Positions 11,428 to 22,937 are shown, counted from the stretch's first letter. The stretch is 64,000 bases of DNA from Syntrophales bacterium (GCA_963662405.2 CAXXKT010000001.1:448001-512000), one strand, 5' to 3'. The notes: generated by a model from the letters alone, not told the origin. Numbers and translations: made by a program.

Positions 11428-11782
11428 CAGAGACAAGGGCGCACGGGGAGAAGACCTGGCAACCGCCTGCCTGAAAAAGGAAGGGTACCGGATCGTCGAG
11501 CGAAACTACCGGTGCCGGTTCGGCGAGATCGATATCATCGCCATGGACAACGGTGATGTGGTATTCGTCGAGGTCAAGGGGAGACAATCGGACACCTTCG
11601 GAGCACCCGAAGAGGCGATCGGACCGACCAAGCAGAAGAAGATCTCGAAGGCGGCGCTCCACTATCTGCAGGAAAAGGGGCTTACCGGTCACAATGCGCG
11701 GTTCGATGTGGTGGCCATTCGCTTCATGCCTCAGGATACCCGGGTACAACTGATCAGAAACGCCTTTGATCTGAATTGGTAA
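11384..11782 (+). CDS. yraN: YraN (UPF0102) family protein; start uncertain
   Basis: GEDLA, RNYRCRFGEIDII, VFVEVK, RFDVV. Confidence 0.9.
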   Translation: MADARFTGDHSRSNNRDKGARGEDLATACLKKEGYRIVERNYRCRFGEIDIIAMDNGDVVFVEVKGRQSDTFGAPEEAIGPTKQKKISKAALHYLQEKGLTGHNARFDVVAIRFMPQDTRVQLIRNAFDLNW

Positions 11783-11784
11783 CA

Positions 11785-12653
11785 ATGGTTATGCACCACG
11801 GGACACTCTATATCGTCGCCACTCCCATCGGCAACCTGGAGGACATCACCCTCCGGGCAATCCGTATCCTCAAGGAAGTGGGGCTGGTAGCGGCGGAGGA
11901 CACCCGCCGGACGCGGATACTTCTCGACGCCTACGGGATCGACACCCCCCTGACCAGTCTCCATGACTATAACGAACGAGAAAAGAGCTCCTCCCTGATT
12001 GCCCGGCTGCGGGAGGGGACGGATATCGCCTATGTCTCCGACGCGGGACGCCGGGGATATCAGATCCCGGATACCTTCTTGTGAGGGAGGCCATTGACGG
12101 TTCCATCAGGGTCGTCCCCGTCCCCGGTCCGGTCGCCGCGGTCGCGGCCCTGAACGTCTCCGGACTCCCGATGGACAGCTTTTCATTCTTCGCCTTCCTC
12201 CCCTCCCGGGGCGGCAAGCGGAGAAGCTTCCTGGAATCGATCAAAGGAGAGACAAAGACCCTCGTCTTTTACGAATCCCCCAACCGACTCGTCGCCGCAC
12301 TGCAGGATATGCAAAAGATCCTCGGGGATCGGCGGATCGCCGTCTCCCGGGAACTGACAAAGTTGTACGAGGAAACGCTCCGCGGCACCGTGGGAGAGGT
12401 AATCGAATCCCTCCGGGAGAAAAAGGTCAAGGGGGAAATCACCCTGGTCGTCTCGGGGGCCGAAATAAGAACGCCGAATGTCTCACCGGAAGAGATCCGG
12501 GCGCGGGTTCGGGAGGCGCGCAGAGATCCCGCCGTCTCTACCCGGGATATGGTCGACACCCTTTCGGAGGAAATGGGTATACCGCGGAAAGAGATGTACC
12601 GGATCGTTCTGAACTGCATCAAGGAAGAGGACCTCTCCTCCTCATATTCGTAA
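11785..12653 (+). CDS. rsmI: 16S rRNA (cytidine1402-2'-O)-methyltransferase (missing G near 12046)
   Basis: LYIVATPIGNLEDIT, AAEDTR, SDAG(TPGISDPG), FYESPNR, RELTKLYEE. Confidence 0.93.
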
Positions 12654-12796
12654 CCGGGGCAAAAGTTTTTTCCTCACGAATGAGCCGTGCCATTGACTCT
12701 CCCGTGAGATACGGCGTATAGTGTTCCTGTGAAGGGATACGCCTTGTCCGGCATAATAAATAAGATGCGGGAACACCTTCGAAAGCGGGGTATGCC

Positions 12797-14353
12797 ATGG
12801 GAAGCAAGGACCTGTTACTCGCCATCGATAACGGAACACAGAGCCTGAAGGCCCTCCTCTTTGACCTGAAGGGACAGCTGGTAGCGCGCCGGCAGATTAT
12901 CTTTGAACCTTACTATTCAACGCAACCGGGATGGGCCGAGCAGGACCCCACCGTCTTCTGGGACGCCCTGTGCAAGGCCTGCCAGGGATTATGGGGCCAG
13001 GGCGACTACCGGGAGCGGATCGCCGGTGTATCCATCACTACCCAGCGGAGCACCTTCGTCAATGTGGGCAAAGACGGACGCCCTCTCCGCCCCGCCATGA
13101 TCTGGCTGGACCAGCGCAAGACCCACGGACTCCCCCCGCTGGGAGGGGCCTGGGGTCTGATCTTCTCCCTCGCCCGTCTCACCGAGACGATCTCCTACCT
13201 CCAGGCCGAGGCCGAGGCAAACTGGATCCGTACCTACCAGCCGGAGATCTGGAGAGATACCCACAAGTACCTCCTCCTTTCCGGCTACCTGACCTACCTC
13301 CTCACGGGGGAATATGTGGATTCCGTCGGGTGCCAGGTGGCCATGATCCCGTTTGATTATAAACACCTGCGCTGGGCCTCCGACTGGAACTGGAAGTGGA
13401 AGGTCGTCCAGGTCGAGCGCGAGCTCCTCCCCAACCTCGTCCCCCCGGGACAGCCGCTGGGGACCATCACCCGGAAGGCCGCGGAAGAGACGGGTATCCC
13501 GGAGGGCCTCCCGCTCATCGCGGCGGCAACGGACAAGGCATGCGAGGTGATCGGGTCGGGGAGTCTCGACCCCACCGTCGGCTGCCTGAGCTACGGCACG
13601 ACCGCCACCATCAACGTGACGAACAGGAAATACGTGGAGCCGATCCCCCTCATCCCCCCCTACCCTTCCGCGATTCCCGGATACTACTCGATGGAGGTCC
13701 AGATATACCGTGGCTTCTGGATGGTGAGCTGGTTCAAGCAGGAATTCGGCTACCGTGAGGAGCAGGAGGCATCACGGCAGGGGGTCCCCCCGGAGGAACT
13801 CTTCGACCAGCTGGTAAACGATATCCCCCCCGGCTCGCTGGGCCTGGTGTTGCAGCCCTACTGGACCCCCGGCCTCAAGCTCCCCGGACCGGAAGCCAAG
13901 GGGGCCATCATTGGGTTCGGCGATGCACACACGAAGGGGCACGTCTACCGATCCATCCTGGAGGGGTTGGGATACGCCCTCAGGGAGGGAAAGGAACGGA
14001 TCGAAAAACGGGCACACATCTCCATCACCTCGCTGCGCGTCTCCGGTGGCGGCTCTCAGAGCAGAAACGCCATGCAGATGACGGCCGATATCTTCGGCCT
14101 TCCGACGGCCCGTCCCCACGTTTATGAAACATCCGGGCTCGGTGCGGCAATCGATGCCGCCGTGGGACTCGGCCTCCATACCGATTTCGAATCGGCGGTC
14201 AGGGCCATGACCCACGTCGGCGACGTATTCGAGCCGAACCGGGAGCACCAGCACCTGTACGATCAACTCTATCACGATGTCTATAAAAAGATGTACCACC
14301 GCCTGAAACCGCTCTACGAGCGGATCAGGGACATTACCGGCTATCCCGGATAG
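12797..14353 (+). CDS. FGGY-family carbohydrate kinase
   Basis: [31 protein letters not shown]. Confidence 0.9.
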   Translation: MGSKDLLLAIDNGTQSLKALLFDLKGQLVARRQIIFEPYYSTQPGWAEQDPTVFWDALCKACQGLWGQGDYRERIAGVSITTQRSTFVNVGKDGRPLRPAMIWLDQRKTHGLPPLGGAWGLIFSLARLTETISYLQAEAEANWIRTYQPEIWRDTHKYLLLSGYLTYLLTGEYVDSVGCQVAMIPFDYKHLRWASDWNWKWKVVQVERELLPNLVPPGQPLGTITRKAAEETGIPEGLPLIAAATDKACEVIGSGSLDPTVGCLSYGTTATINVTNRKYVEPIPLIPPYPSAIPGYYSMEVQIYRGFWMVSWFKQEFGYREEQEASRQGVPPEELFDQLVNDIPPGSLGLVLQPYWTPGLKLPGPEAKGAIIGFGDAHTKGHVYRSILEGLGYALREGKERIEKRAHISITSLRVSGGGSQSRNAMQMTADIFGLPTARPHVYETSGLGAAIDAAVGLGLHTDFESAVRAMTHVGDVFEPNREHQHLYDQLYHDVYKKMYHRLKPLYERIRDITGYPG

Positions 14354-14379
14354 GATGTGGCCATACCGGTTATTCCGGA

Positions 14380-14615
14380 TTGAATACGAGCCTCTTCGCC
14401 ATCGACGGGCACGCCCACCTCAGCGAACTGGAGGACCTCGACCGCGCAATCGACGAGGCACGGCGCGCCGGCGTCAGGACCATCATCGGCGTGGGGATGA
14501 ACCTGCGAACGAACAGGCGAACACTTGACATCGCCGAGCAGTATCCGGGGTTTGTCCTCCCCGCCGCGGGGTATCACCCCGGGGAGATCCGTCAGAAAGA
14601 GATTCAGGATACCTC
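14380..14615 (+). pseudogene. tatD: Truncated TatD-family hydrolase (N-terminal fragment)
   Basis: IDGHAHL, ARRAGV, AAGYHP, then similarity stops where the opposite-strand glcD remnant begins. Confidence 0.75.
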
Positions 14616-15260
14616 CGTGCATCCCGCGGGAGACCGATCTTTTCTGAGTCTTCCACCATGTTGATGACGACGCCGTCCATCAGCTCAAGTGCTACGGGGA
14701 CAATCCCGGAGCCGATAATACACGCAACGGCCCTGCTCGCCCCGTCCAGTTCGGAGAAAAAGGCCTGTATGCTCTGCCTGAACGGGGGAGGGGGAGGAGT
14801 TTGACCGTCACCTCCGTCACGTTTTTCGCCGTGACACCGCCGGTCCTCACCATACTGCCATCCGCGAGGACGACCGTGAGACCGAGGATACAGTCTCGTG
14901 TCACGCCGTACCTGACGCCCCGCGCCCCCCCCGCATTCTCCCCCACATTCCCGCCGATGGTACTGACGGCCCACGAAGCGGGGTCCGGCGGATAAAAGAG
15001 ACCCACCTTCTGCACCGCATCCTGGAGTTCCAGGTTGGTCAGTCCGGCCTCGACGATGGCGTGACGGTGACCCCGACTTTGGCGGCCAGTTTCACTCTGT
15101 CCGCTGTCTGTTCGGTGGTCTCGGGAAGGACCACCGCCTCCGGCATGGCCTCGTCGATGGAAGAATCATAGGAGGAGTTGATACGATCTTCCACCGAGTC
15201 GAGGTAATTGCCCTCCCCCACAAGGGTGCGAAGCTTCCGTGCAAGCTCGTCCGTAATCAT
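14615..15260 (-). pseudogene. glcD: GlcD-like FAD-linked oxidase remnant with internal deletions and 3' truncation
   Basis: YSYD-like/PEAVVLP N-terminus, FYPPDPASWAVSTIGGNVGENAGG, KNVT joined directly to EVTVKLLP, PVALELMD; spread over several frames. Confidence 0.85.
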
Positions 15261-15425
15261 GGAATCCCCCCTTTTGTATTTCTTTCGCCTCGCACAATGC
15301 GTGCCTGAGTTTCAGGAAAACAGGGGGGAAGAAAGGGAGAGCGATCACTGGTGAGAGCAAACAAGGAAGATATGTTCAGACATCACATACTCAGAGGGAA
15401 GAAAGGGACAGAATGTTCTTATGTC

Positions 15426-15461
15426 CCGTCACGGGCGGGGGAACCTCCCCGCACGTGACGG
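15426..15461. terminator. GC-rich hairpin downstream of the large surface-protein gene
   Basis: CCGTCACG-GGCGGGGG...CCCCGC-ACGTGACGG inverted repeat; no clear U tract. Confidence 0.4.
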
Positions 15462-15479
15462 CAATCGTTTCTGAGTTCC

Positions 15480-18400
15480 TTAGGCACGCCGCCTGCGACT
15501 GACCAGGAGACCTCCCGTGATGGTGAGGAGGAAGAGGATCATCATCCCCCACTCCGAGAGCGTGGGGATGGCGGCACCTCTCACAGCAATACCCCCCTGA
15601 TCGACAATGGGAAATCCCAGGGTGTCGTCCCCCAGCGCACTCTCCGTCAGGGTAAACTCCACATAGGGGACCGTGACGCCCCCGATCACCTCCGTCCCGA
15701 AGGTCGCGTTCGGCATTGTGTACCAGATAAAGGCGTTCCAGTCTTCCGGCGTGGGCCCGTACTTCCGGTAGGTGCACCCATCGAGGCTCTCCGCTCCGTG
15801 ATAGTAGATCCGCACGGTCACCGGAGAGCAGGGAATCTCGAACCCCACCAGGCCGAAGGGATAACTGTAGCCCGGATCTTCAGCTCCCACCGACCCGTCG
15901 GAATAGGTCTGGACCTGCTCGATCTGATCGCAGCCGGTTACCTCGACGGTCAGGTACCCCTCTCCCGCCGCCGCGGGGAGGGAGGCCACGTTCGTCTGCT
16001 TGCTGTCCGGGGTCCCGTCTCCGTTCCCGTCTCCGCCGTTCGGCCCCGCATCCTGGGTCTCCGTGGGAACTCCCGTGCCGTCAGCGGAGGTGGTGAAGGT
16101 CTCGTTATCCCCGTAGGCCGTTCCTTCCGCGTTCGTGGCATAGGCCCGGACATAGTACGCCGTGTCCGCCAGGAGACCGGTCATGGCGGAGGTGAAGCTC
16201 CCCGTGCCGGTCCCGTCCGTGGTATGGCTGCCTGCCGTGGTCGGGTTCGCCGCCGTGCCCCAGCAGACGCCCCGCGCCGTCACCGCGGTCCCCCCGTCGG
16301 AGGTCACCTCCCCGCCGCTCTCGGCCGTCGTGGCCGTGATCGACGAGGCTGCCGCCGTGGTCACCACGGGGAGGGCTACGTCGACCGTCCCCGTCAGGGT
16401 CAGGTTATAGGGATCTTCATTGCTGTCGTTGCTGGCGATGGCGATGGATGCCGTCTTGTCTCCGGCCACCTCGGTGGGTGAGAACCGGATGGTGAAGGTG
16501 GTGCTCCCCGATGTGGCGACTGGAGATGCCGGCTGGGACCGGACGCTGAACTGGTCTGCGTCGTCCCCCGTTATCGTCACGATCGGGTCCCCCGAAAGGG
16601 TGAGGTCCGCGGTCCCCGTGTTCTCGATGGTGAAGACCACATCCGTATCGGTTTCGGGGGCATGGCTGCCGAAACTGTGGCTCCCGCCGTCGGCGATGGC
16701 GGTCGTCCCCTGCTTCAGGTCCATCTCGGGGGTGGCGGGACCCTCATAGGATCCCACGTCGGGAACGCCGATAAAGGCGACGCCCCGCTGGTCGGTGGTG
16801 ATCTCGGTGACGCCGCTCACGGTGGTGGAACCGTCTTCCACCTTCACCCAGTCAGTCCCGTTATAAAAGGCGTATTTCGTGCTGCCCTCGTCGTCATAGG
16901 TCCCGGTCCGCACACCGGCTTCAAGGGCGATGGAGCAGCCGTCCAGGGCCACCGTCTCGGTGGAACCCCCGTTGTCGGCCAGGAGGGGCCGGTAGACGGT
17001 GTCGGCCGCGATCTCTTCGTAATCGGCAAAAAGCGAATCGCCTTTCCCGCCGGTATGATAGGTGTAGGCCACATTGCCGGTGCCCACTCCGGAAAGATCA
17101 TAGCCGGAGATGGCGGAGTTGCCGGAGATGGTGGCGGAGCTGTCATAGTTATAGATATCGGCATAGGCGCTGCCGTCTGAGAGGTAGTTGTAGGCGACGA
17201 TGGAGCCGGTCAGGGCCACCGTGGGTCTATAAGCGAAGATCCCGCCGCCTCTTAATGATGCACTGTTGCCGCCGACCGTACAGTTTGTAAAGGTCAGCGT
17301 GCCGGAGGAACCACGGTAGATCCCGCCGCCTTCGCTTGCGCTGTTGCCCGCGACCGTACTGTTTACCAGGGCCACCGCACCCCCGCTAGACACAAACATT
17401 CCGCCGCCCATATTTGTTGCACTGTTGCCGCTGAGCGTGGAATTGCTCACGGTGACAACATGGGACAAATTATCGGCGTAGATTCCGCCGCCGTTGGTTG
17501 CACGGTTGCCCGTAATCGTCGAGTCCGTCAGGGTCAGCGGGTTGTTCACGTAGATCGCGCCGCCGTTGCCACCGATCGAGTTCGCGACCGTGACACGGTT
17601 CAGGGTAAGGGTGCCGGCCGCCAGAGAGATCGCGCCTCCCATGTTGGCTCCACGCGGCAGCCTCGAGACATCCCCCCCCCTGAGGGTCATGCCGGTGATG
17701 GCCACGGTTTTGTCCGCGGCATTGATCTCGAATACGCGATATTCGGATGTGCCGGGCGTCGCTACCTGGATCGTCACGTCGTTTCCGGAAGCCTGGTTCA
17801 CACCGTTCATGGTCAGGCTGTCCGTGATGGCGGGCATCTGCGCCGAGATGGTCACCGTATCATTCTCCGATCCGAGATTAAAGACAATGGTGTCGTCCAC
17901 CTCGGTCGTTGCGTTGGCCTGATTTATGGCCCAGCTCAGAGAGCCTTCCGTTCCTCCCGTACCGTCGTCCGTGGGTTCGGTGACCGTATAGGTCTCCAGG
18001 GTGTGGCTATATCCCACCACCGCCAGGTCCGCCGCGCCGATGGGGCCGGTTTGGTATTCCAGGGACCAATCCCCCCCCTTCCCGGTGGGGTTCTTCGATG
18101 CGGCCACATCCGCCCCGGTCAGAAGGGCCAGGCGCTCCACGAACCGGATGCCGGCCGGATTTGTTGCCAGGTTGCAGGCGTAGAGGAGGATATCGCCCCC
18201 GTCGGCCAGGGCCCTCCCCCAGGAGGCGACGACGGCACCATGATCGGTGATATAATTACTATCGATAATTTCATTGTTCAGGACCAGCCTGCCCGCGCCC
18301 CCGTGGGAGACGATGCGGACAGTGCCGATCCCGGTCCTCCCTGCGAGATAGCCTGCAATCTGATCGATCCCGGCACGATCTGTTGTCAGGCGGACGATCT

Positions 18401-18593
18401 CGGCCGTGCCGGCCAGGGCGGCCATAATTGCCCCCCCATCCGGGACCGCGGGGTCGATAAAGACGATCTCGCCTCCCCCTTCCCCCGTGCTTGGGGCGGC
18501 AGCGCCAAGCGGGGTGCCGTCGCCGAAGCCGGTCAGGAGTGCGATACAAAGCAGACACAGAACGATTCGAAAGAGTTTGCGGCCAGAATCCAT
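15480..18593 (-). CDS. Large exported surface protein: DUF4347, beta-helix (Pmp-like) repeats, Ig-like and FN3-like domains, IPTL-CTERM sorting signal
   Basis: Signal peptide; IVFID...IVSHG...DILLYAC...TGADVAAS...GGDWSLE (DUF4347); N-x-A-x2-GGGIY repeats; YYVRAYATN; C-terminal IPTLSEWGMMILFLL...RRRRA. Confidence 0.88.
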   Translation of the reverse strand: MDSGRKLFRIVLCLLCIALLTGFGDGTPLGAAAPSTGEGGGEIVFIDPAVPDGGAIMAALAGTAEIVRLTTDRAGIDQIAGYLAGRTGIGTVRIVSHGGAGRLVLNNEIIDSNYITDHGAVVASWGRALADGGDILLYACNLATNPAGIRFVERLALLTGADVAASKNPTGKGGDWSLEYQTGPIGAADLAVVGYSHTLETYTVTEPTDDGTGGTEGSLSWAINQANATTEVDDTIVFNLGSENDTVTISAQMPAITDSLTMNGVNQASGNDVTIQVATPGTSEYRVFEINAADKTVAITGMTLRGGDVSRLPRGANMGGAISLAAGTLTLNRVTVANSIGGNGGAIYVNNPLTLTDSTITGNRATNGGGIYADNLSHVVTVSNSTLSGNSATNMGGGMFVSSGGAVALVNSTVAGNSASEGGGIYRGSSGTLTFTNCTVGGNSASLRGGGIFAYRPTVALTGSIVAYNYLSDGSAYADIYNYDSSATISGNSAISGYDLSGVGTGNVAYTYHTGGKGDSLFADYEEIAADTVYRPLLADNGGSTETVALDGCSIALEAGVRTGTYDDEGSTKYAFYNGTDWVKVEDGSTTVSGVTEITTDQRGVAFIGVPDVGSYEGPATPEMDLKQGTTAIADGGSHSFGSHAPETDTDVVFTIENTGTADLTLSGDPIVTITGDDADQFSVRSQPASPVATSGSTTFTIRFSPTEVAGDKTASIAIASNDSNEDPYNLTLTGTVDVALPVVTTAAASSITATTAESGGEVTSDGGTAVTARGVCWGTAANPTTAGSHTTDGTGTGSFTSAMTGLLADTAYYVRAYATNAEGTAYGDNETFTTSADGTGVPTETQDAGPNGGDGNGDGTPDSKQTNVASLPAAAGEGYLTVEVTGCDQIEQVQTYSDGSVGAEDPGYSYPFGLVGFEIPCSPVTVRIYYHGAESLDGCTYRKYGPTPEDWNAFIWYTMPNATFGTEVIGGVTVPYVEFTLTESALGDDTLGFPIVDQGGIAVRGAAIPTLSEWGMMILFLLTITGGLLVSRRRRA

Positions 18594-19261
18594 AACACCT
18601 TCCTTTTTCTCAGTTTTTTGACCCCGCTCCGCACGCGGCGGGTATGTGCTCACTCTTCAGGGCAATGGGACTCCCCTATGCAAAAAAACCCTGTTTGCCG
18701 TGAAATCAAACAGGGTATATTCAACACACATCTTTTTCGGTCCATCTCAGAATCCAATCGTACGCAGCGTAATAAACAATAGAGATGATGAGGCACATCC
18801 ACTGTAATTGTGTAAGCTATGGCATAATGGGTCGAATTGTCAACCACATTAATGGTCAGGAGGGGGTTTTTCTCTCGGGGTCGAGACCGTTTCGTTCGAG
18901 GCATTATCGACCCCGTACTCTTCCGGGAGACGATTTATCAACGCATCCTTTTCGTGTCGCGAAATCCTGGATATTTCGCGGGTAATTTCCTCTCATCGTG
19001 AAGGATGGTCAGGCAGTCCGTTCCTTTTTTCACAAGATCCCTCGCGCAGCAGGTGAATGCAGGAAATGCATAACAGATATAGGTTCGCGCCAAGCTATCT
19101 GATGATCCCGGACTCGTCATGGGATAAGTGGCCCCCTGTCGGCATTATCCTGCCTCTCCGCTGGGAATTTGATAAAAAAGAAAAAAAGGGGGTTGCTATC
19201 CTGGGCAAATCGTATTACTCCCTCATGCGAGTCATCAACGAGAGCGAAGGAAGGCTTATAC

Positions 19262-20338
19262 ATGTCACAACACCTTTTATTCTCAGCGGGTGAGAAGGCC
19301 TTGGCGATGATCAGGGAGGGAGGGCTCAGACCCGATCAGGTCAAGGTCGTCAGCGGGGCGGCGGGGGGACCGAAGAGTCTCATCCTGGGCCACCTCGACG
19401 GCGCCCTCTTCGCACACTGGTTCGCCGGGAGAAAGGAACCCCTCTTTTTGGTCGGTTCTTCCGCGGCGGCCTGGCGGTTCGCCTCCGTATCGCAGGGACA
19501 TCCCCTGGAGGCAATCGAGCGGTTTCAGACCACATACACGCACCAGCACTACTCGGAAAAGCCCTCGACGGAGGAGATCACCCGAGAGAGCATCTCCTTC
19601 CTGGACACCTTCATCGGCCAGAAGGGAGGGGACGAGATCCTCAGCCACCCCTTTCTCAGGCTGAGCGTCATGTCGGACCGGTGCCGGGGGCCGGCGGCGA
19701 GCGACCGGCGGGGGGCACTCCTCCCGGGACTCATCATCGCCGCCCTGTTGAATATCGCCAGCCGACGCGCCCTGGGTCTCTTCTTCGAACGGACGCTCCT
19801 GTACGACCCGCGGGACATCCCGCCCTTCTTCGACATGAAAGGCTTCCCGATCCGGAGGGTCCCCCTGACCCGTGAAAACCTCAAATCGTCCCTCCTGGCG
19901 TCGGGCTCCATCCCCGTGATCATGGCGCGCGTCACCGAGATACCGGGCGCCCCGCAGGGGACGTACCGGGACGGGGGGATCATCGACTACCACATGAACG
20001 CCCCCTTCACAAAGGACGGTGACGGGATCGTCCTCTTCCCGCACTACATGGGCCGCATCATCCCGGGGTGGTTCGACAAAAAACTGACCTGGCGGAAACC
20101 GGACCCGGCACACGTGAAAAATCTGCTCCTCCTCCACCCCACGGAGGCCTTTTTCCGGGACCTCCCCTACGGCAAGATCCCCGACCGGGACGATTTCGCC
20201 ACCTTTAACGGCCGCGATGCCGAACGGATCGACTACTGGCAGAAGGCCATCGAGGCGAGCAGGCGCCTGGGAGACGAATTCATCGAGGCCGTGGAGAGCG
20301 GGAAGATACGCGAACTGGTGAGACCCCTCCCCGCCTAG
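19262..20338 (+). CDS. Patatin-like phospholipase
   Basis: GAAGGPK oxyanion loop, GSSAAAW nucleophile, ASGSIP, DGG. Confidence 0.8.
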   Translation: MSQHLLFSAGEKALAMIREGGLRPDQVKVVSGAAGGPKSLILGHLDGALFAHWFAGRKEPLFLVGSSAAAWRFASVSQGHPLEAIERFQTTYTHQHYSEKPSTEEITRESISFLDTFIGQKGGDEILSHPFLRLSVMSDRCRGPAASDRRGALLPGLIIAALLNIASRRALGLFFERTLLYDPRDIPPFFDMKGFPIRRVPLTRENLKSSLLASGSIPVIMARVTEIPGAPQGTYRDGGIIDYHMNAPFTKDGDGIVLFPHYMGRIIPGWFDKKLTWRKPDPAHVKNLLLLHPTEAFFRDLPYGKIPDRDDFATFNGRDAERIDYWQKAIEASRRLGDEFIEAVESGKIRELVRPLPA

Positions 20339-20426
20339 CGGTCCTGTTTTTCCGTTGACACACCCCGCGAATGCCGATATCGTCCTCGGCATACGGTGTG
20401 AACCAGCACCGGGAAAGGGGAACACC

Positions 20427-21863
20427 ATGAACCGGGAATCGGGAACCCTGTCTCAAAGATACGGGACGGCGGGAGAAATCTTCCACCGCCAGCGGACGGC
20501 CTGTCGGGAAAAACCGTATCCGTCGCTCGCCGAACGTCTCGACGCACTCGAAAAACTGGAACATATCCTGGTGGACAACCAGGAGGAGATCGCCCACGCC
20601 GTATCGGCGGATTTCGGAAACCGTTCCCTCCACGAGACCAAGATCCTCGAGATCTTTCCCGCCGTGTCCGGTCTGCGCCATACACGCCGCAAACTGAAGA
20701 AATGGATGAAGACACAGAGGCGGCATGTGGCGGTGACATTCTGGGGAGGGCATAACCGGGTCATTCCCCAGCCGAAAGGCGTCGTCGGGATCATCGCCCC
20801 CTGGAATTACCCCCTTTTCCTGGTGATCAGCCCTCTGACCAGTGCCCTGGCCGCGGGGAACCGGTGCATGATCAAGATGGCGGCGAATTCGCAACGTCTC
20901 TGCAGTCTCCTTGACCGCCTCTTTTCCGAGGTATTCGACGACGATCACATCGCGATCCTCCCCGGGGTTTCCGCCGGCGACTTCACCCCCCTCCCCTTCG
21001 ATCACCTGATCTTCACGGGGTCGCCCGCGTCCGGGCGGACCGTGATGCAGACCGCCGCCGCGCACCTGACCCCCGTGACCCTCGAACTGGGGGGGAAATC
21101 ACCCACCATCGTCTGCGGTGATTTCGATATCAAGACCGCCGCGGAGCGCATCCTCTACGGGAAGTTCATAAACGCGGGGCAGACCTGCATCGCCCCGGAC
21201 TATCTCTTTCTCCCGGAGGGGATGGCGAATGATTTCGCGGCATCGGCCAAAGCGATCATGCCGCGACGGTACCCCGATATCGCATCCGTCGACTATAGCT
21301 CCATCATAGACGGCGCAAGCTACGACCGTCTCATGGCGGCCCTTGACGATGCCCGCTCGAATGGTGCCACGGTGGTCGATCTGATCCCCGGCCGCGAATC
21401 GGACGAAGGACTCCGGAAGATCCAGCCGACGCTCGTTCTCAATGTCACGGAAGAGATGGAGCTGATGCAGAGGGAGATCTTCGGCCCCATACTCCCCATC
21501 AAAACCTATAGAGATATCGGCGAGTGTATCGCGTACATCAACGCGCACGAACGGCCGCTTGCCCTGTACCTCTTTACGAACGACCGAATCGTTCGGAGAA
21601 AAATATTGACGAATACCCTGTCGGGGGGAGTGTGCGTGAACGACTGTATGATGCACGTTGCCCAGCATGACCTCCCCTTCGGAGGGATCGGCAACAGCGG
21701 CATGGGGCAGTATCACGGCTACGAGGGGTTTCTGGAGTTTTCCAAGCTCCGACCCGTATTCATACAGGCCGCCAGGCCCCTCGCCTCGTCTCTCCTCTCT
21801 CCTCCCTACGGGAAGACCTTTACGAGGATGTATGACCGGCTCATCAGGCTGCGGTGGCTGTAG
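20427..21863 (+). CDS. Coniferyl-aldehyde-dehydrogenase-like NAD-dependent aldehyde dehydrogenase
   Basis: PWNYP, FTGS, TLELGGKSP, NAGQTCIAPD, EIFGP, FGGIGNSGMGQYHG. Confidence 0.9.
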   Translation: MNRESGTLSQRYGTAGEIFHRQRTACREKPYPSLAERLDALEKLEHILVDNQEEIAHAVSADFGNRSLHETKILEIFPAVSGLRHTRRKLKKWMKTQRRHVAVTFWGGHNRVIPQPKGVVGIIAPWNYPLFLVISPLTSALAAGNRCMIKMAANSQRLCSLLDRLFSEVFDDDHIAILPGVSAGDFTPLPFDHLIFTGSPASGRTVMQTAAAHLTPVTLELGGKSPTIVCGDFDIKTAAERILYGKFINAGQTCIAPDYLFLPEGMANDFAASAKAIMPRRYPDIASVDYSSIIDGASYDRLMAALDDARSNGATVVDLIPGRESDEGLRKIQPTLVLNVTEEMELMQREIFGPILPIKTYRDIGECIAYINAHERPLALYLFTNDRIVRRKILTNTLSGGVCVNDCMMHVAQHDLPFGGIGNSGMGQYHGYEGFLEFSKLRPVFIQAARPLASSLLSPPYGKTFTRMYDRLIRLRWL

Positions 21864-21879
21864 CTGATATACGGGGCGA

Positions 21880-22701
21880 TTATTCCCGGGACAGAAAGGC
21901 CTCTATCTCTTCCGAGGCCCGGGCGATGAGATCGCCGCAGGCACGCTCGTCTCTCACGGGATCGCCGCTCCGCCCCCAAATGAAGGGAAAGGCTGAAACC
22001 GCTGCACCGAATACCCCTGCCAGGAGGGCAATGGTCGCCCCCTTCCGGGCCTCCACTTTCCGGCGTTCGCCGTAACTGTCTCCTCCCGCCTCATTGAAGC
22101 CGAAGTCGTCGACAAGCAGGACACGTCGAAACGCATCCAATCGCAACGTTTCCCGGATATATTCCCAGAACGGGCGGTCCGCCTTGTGCGCCCCCACATC
22201 GGCGGAGCTGGCAACGACAAAGGAAGGAGATGTACCGGAGGCATCCGTCACCGGTATCGCCCCGATACCCATCTCCCCGAGGGACCGGACGAGATAGGCG
22301 GTCGCCTCCGCGTAGTGGTCGGTGGCGATCACCACCATGACGGAGGGTTCTTCCGTCAGTCTTTTGAGAACAGGGTTCCACCGCCCGTCGATGGATGAAT
22401 GGGTCAGGTACCTGTCGACGAACCGCGCGGCGGCGTCCCGTATCCGGGCTTCCGGGAGGTCGGGAGTAAACAGATCCCTGACCCGCCGGACGATCATCTC
22501 CGCGTAACCGGCGGTGGTGGTGCTCCCCTCTTCCCAGGTGGGGTTGACGATCTCCTTCCAGAAGGTCCCGGGGGTGGCGACCCCGAGAGCGGCAAGACCG
22601 CTCCGTTCCAGTTCCCGTTTCAGGTTCTCGTCTTCCCCGAACCGGACGGCTTCGGGGCTGAGTGTCCCCGACCAGTCGAATATGATTATCTTCTCAATCA
22701 T
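21880..22701 (-). CDS. HAD-superfamily-like protein
   Basis: Variant motif I IIFDWSGTL; VIATD; K followed by LLVDD motif IV. Confidence 0.6.
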   Translation of the reverse strand: MIEKIIIFDWSGTLSPEAVRFGEDENLKRELERSGLAALGVATPGTFWKEIVNPTWEEGSTTTAGYAEMIVRRVRDLFTPDLPEARIRDAAARFVDRYLTHSSIDGRWNPVLKRLTEEPSVMVVIATDHYAEATAYLVRSLGEMGIGAIPVTDASGTSPSFVVASSADVGAHKADRPFWEYIRETLRLDAFRRVLLVDDFGFNEAGGDSYGERRKVEARKGATIALLAGVFGAAVSAFPFIWGRSGDPVRDERACGDLIARASEEIEAFLSRE

Positions 22702-22937
22702 CCCGGGAAAGATAGCACAAAAAGAATCCCGATTGCCATACCCCGCTTCAAAATTTTCGTGAGAGGAGATCTGCCTCGGAGCGATTTCCGGCAACGCATT
22801 GCCGGACCAGCCGGAGGAGATTGACAAAGCGCGGATCTTTATGTAAGAGGCGCAGGGAGATATAAGGGATGGGTTCTTTCCGCCACGGATGATCAGCACC
22901 GGACCGTGTCGATACAGGCAACATGACAGAAATATGA

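Noticed and set aside
18600..18720. GGCAAAC upstream of the surface-protein gene suggesting a c-di-GMP-I riboswitch
   Set aside because: No GAAA-tetraloop stem and no GCAAAG/receptor stem follow
18785..19260. Short ORFs and hairpins between the surface-protein and patatin genes
   Set aside because: No motifs or convincing RBS; likely divergent promoter DNA
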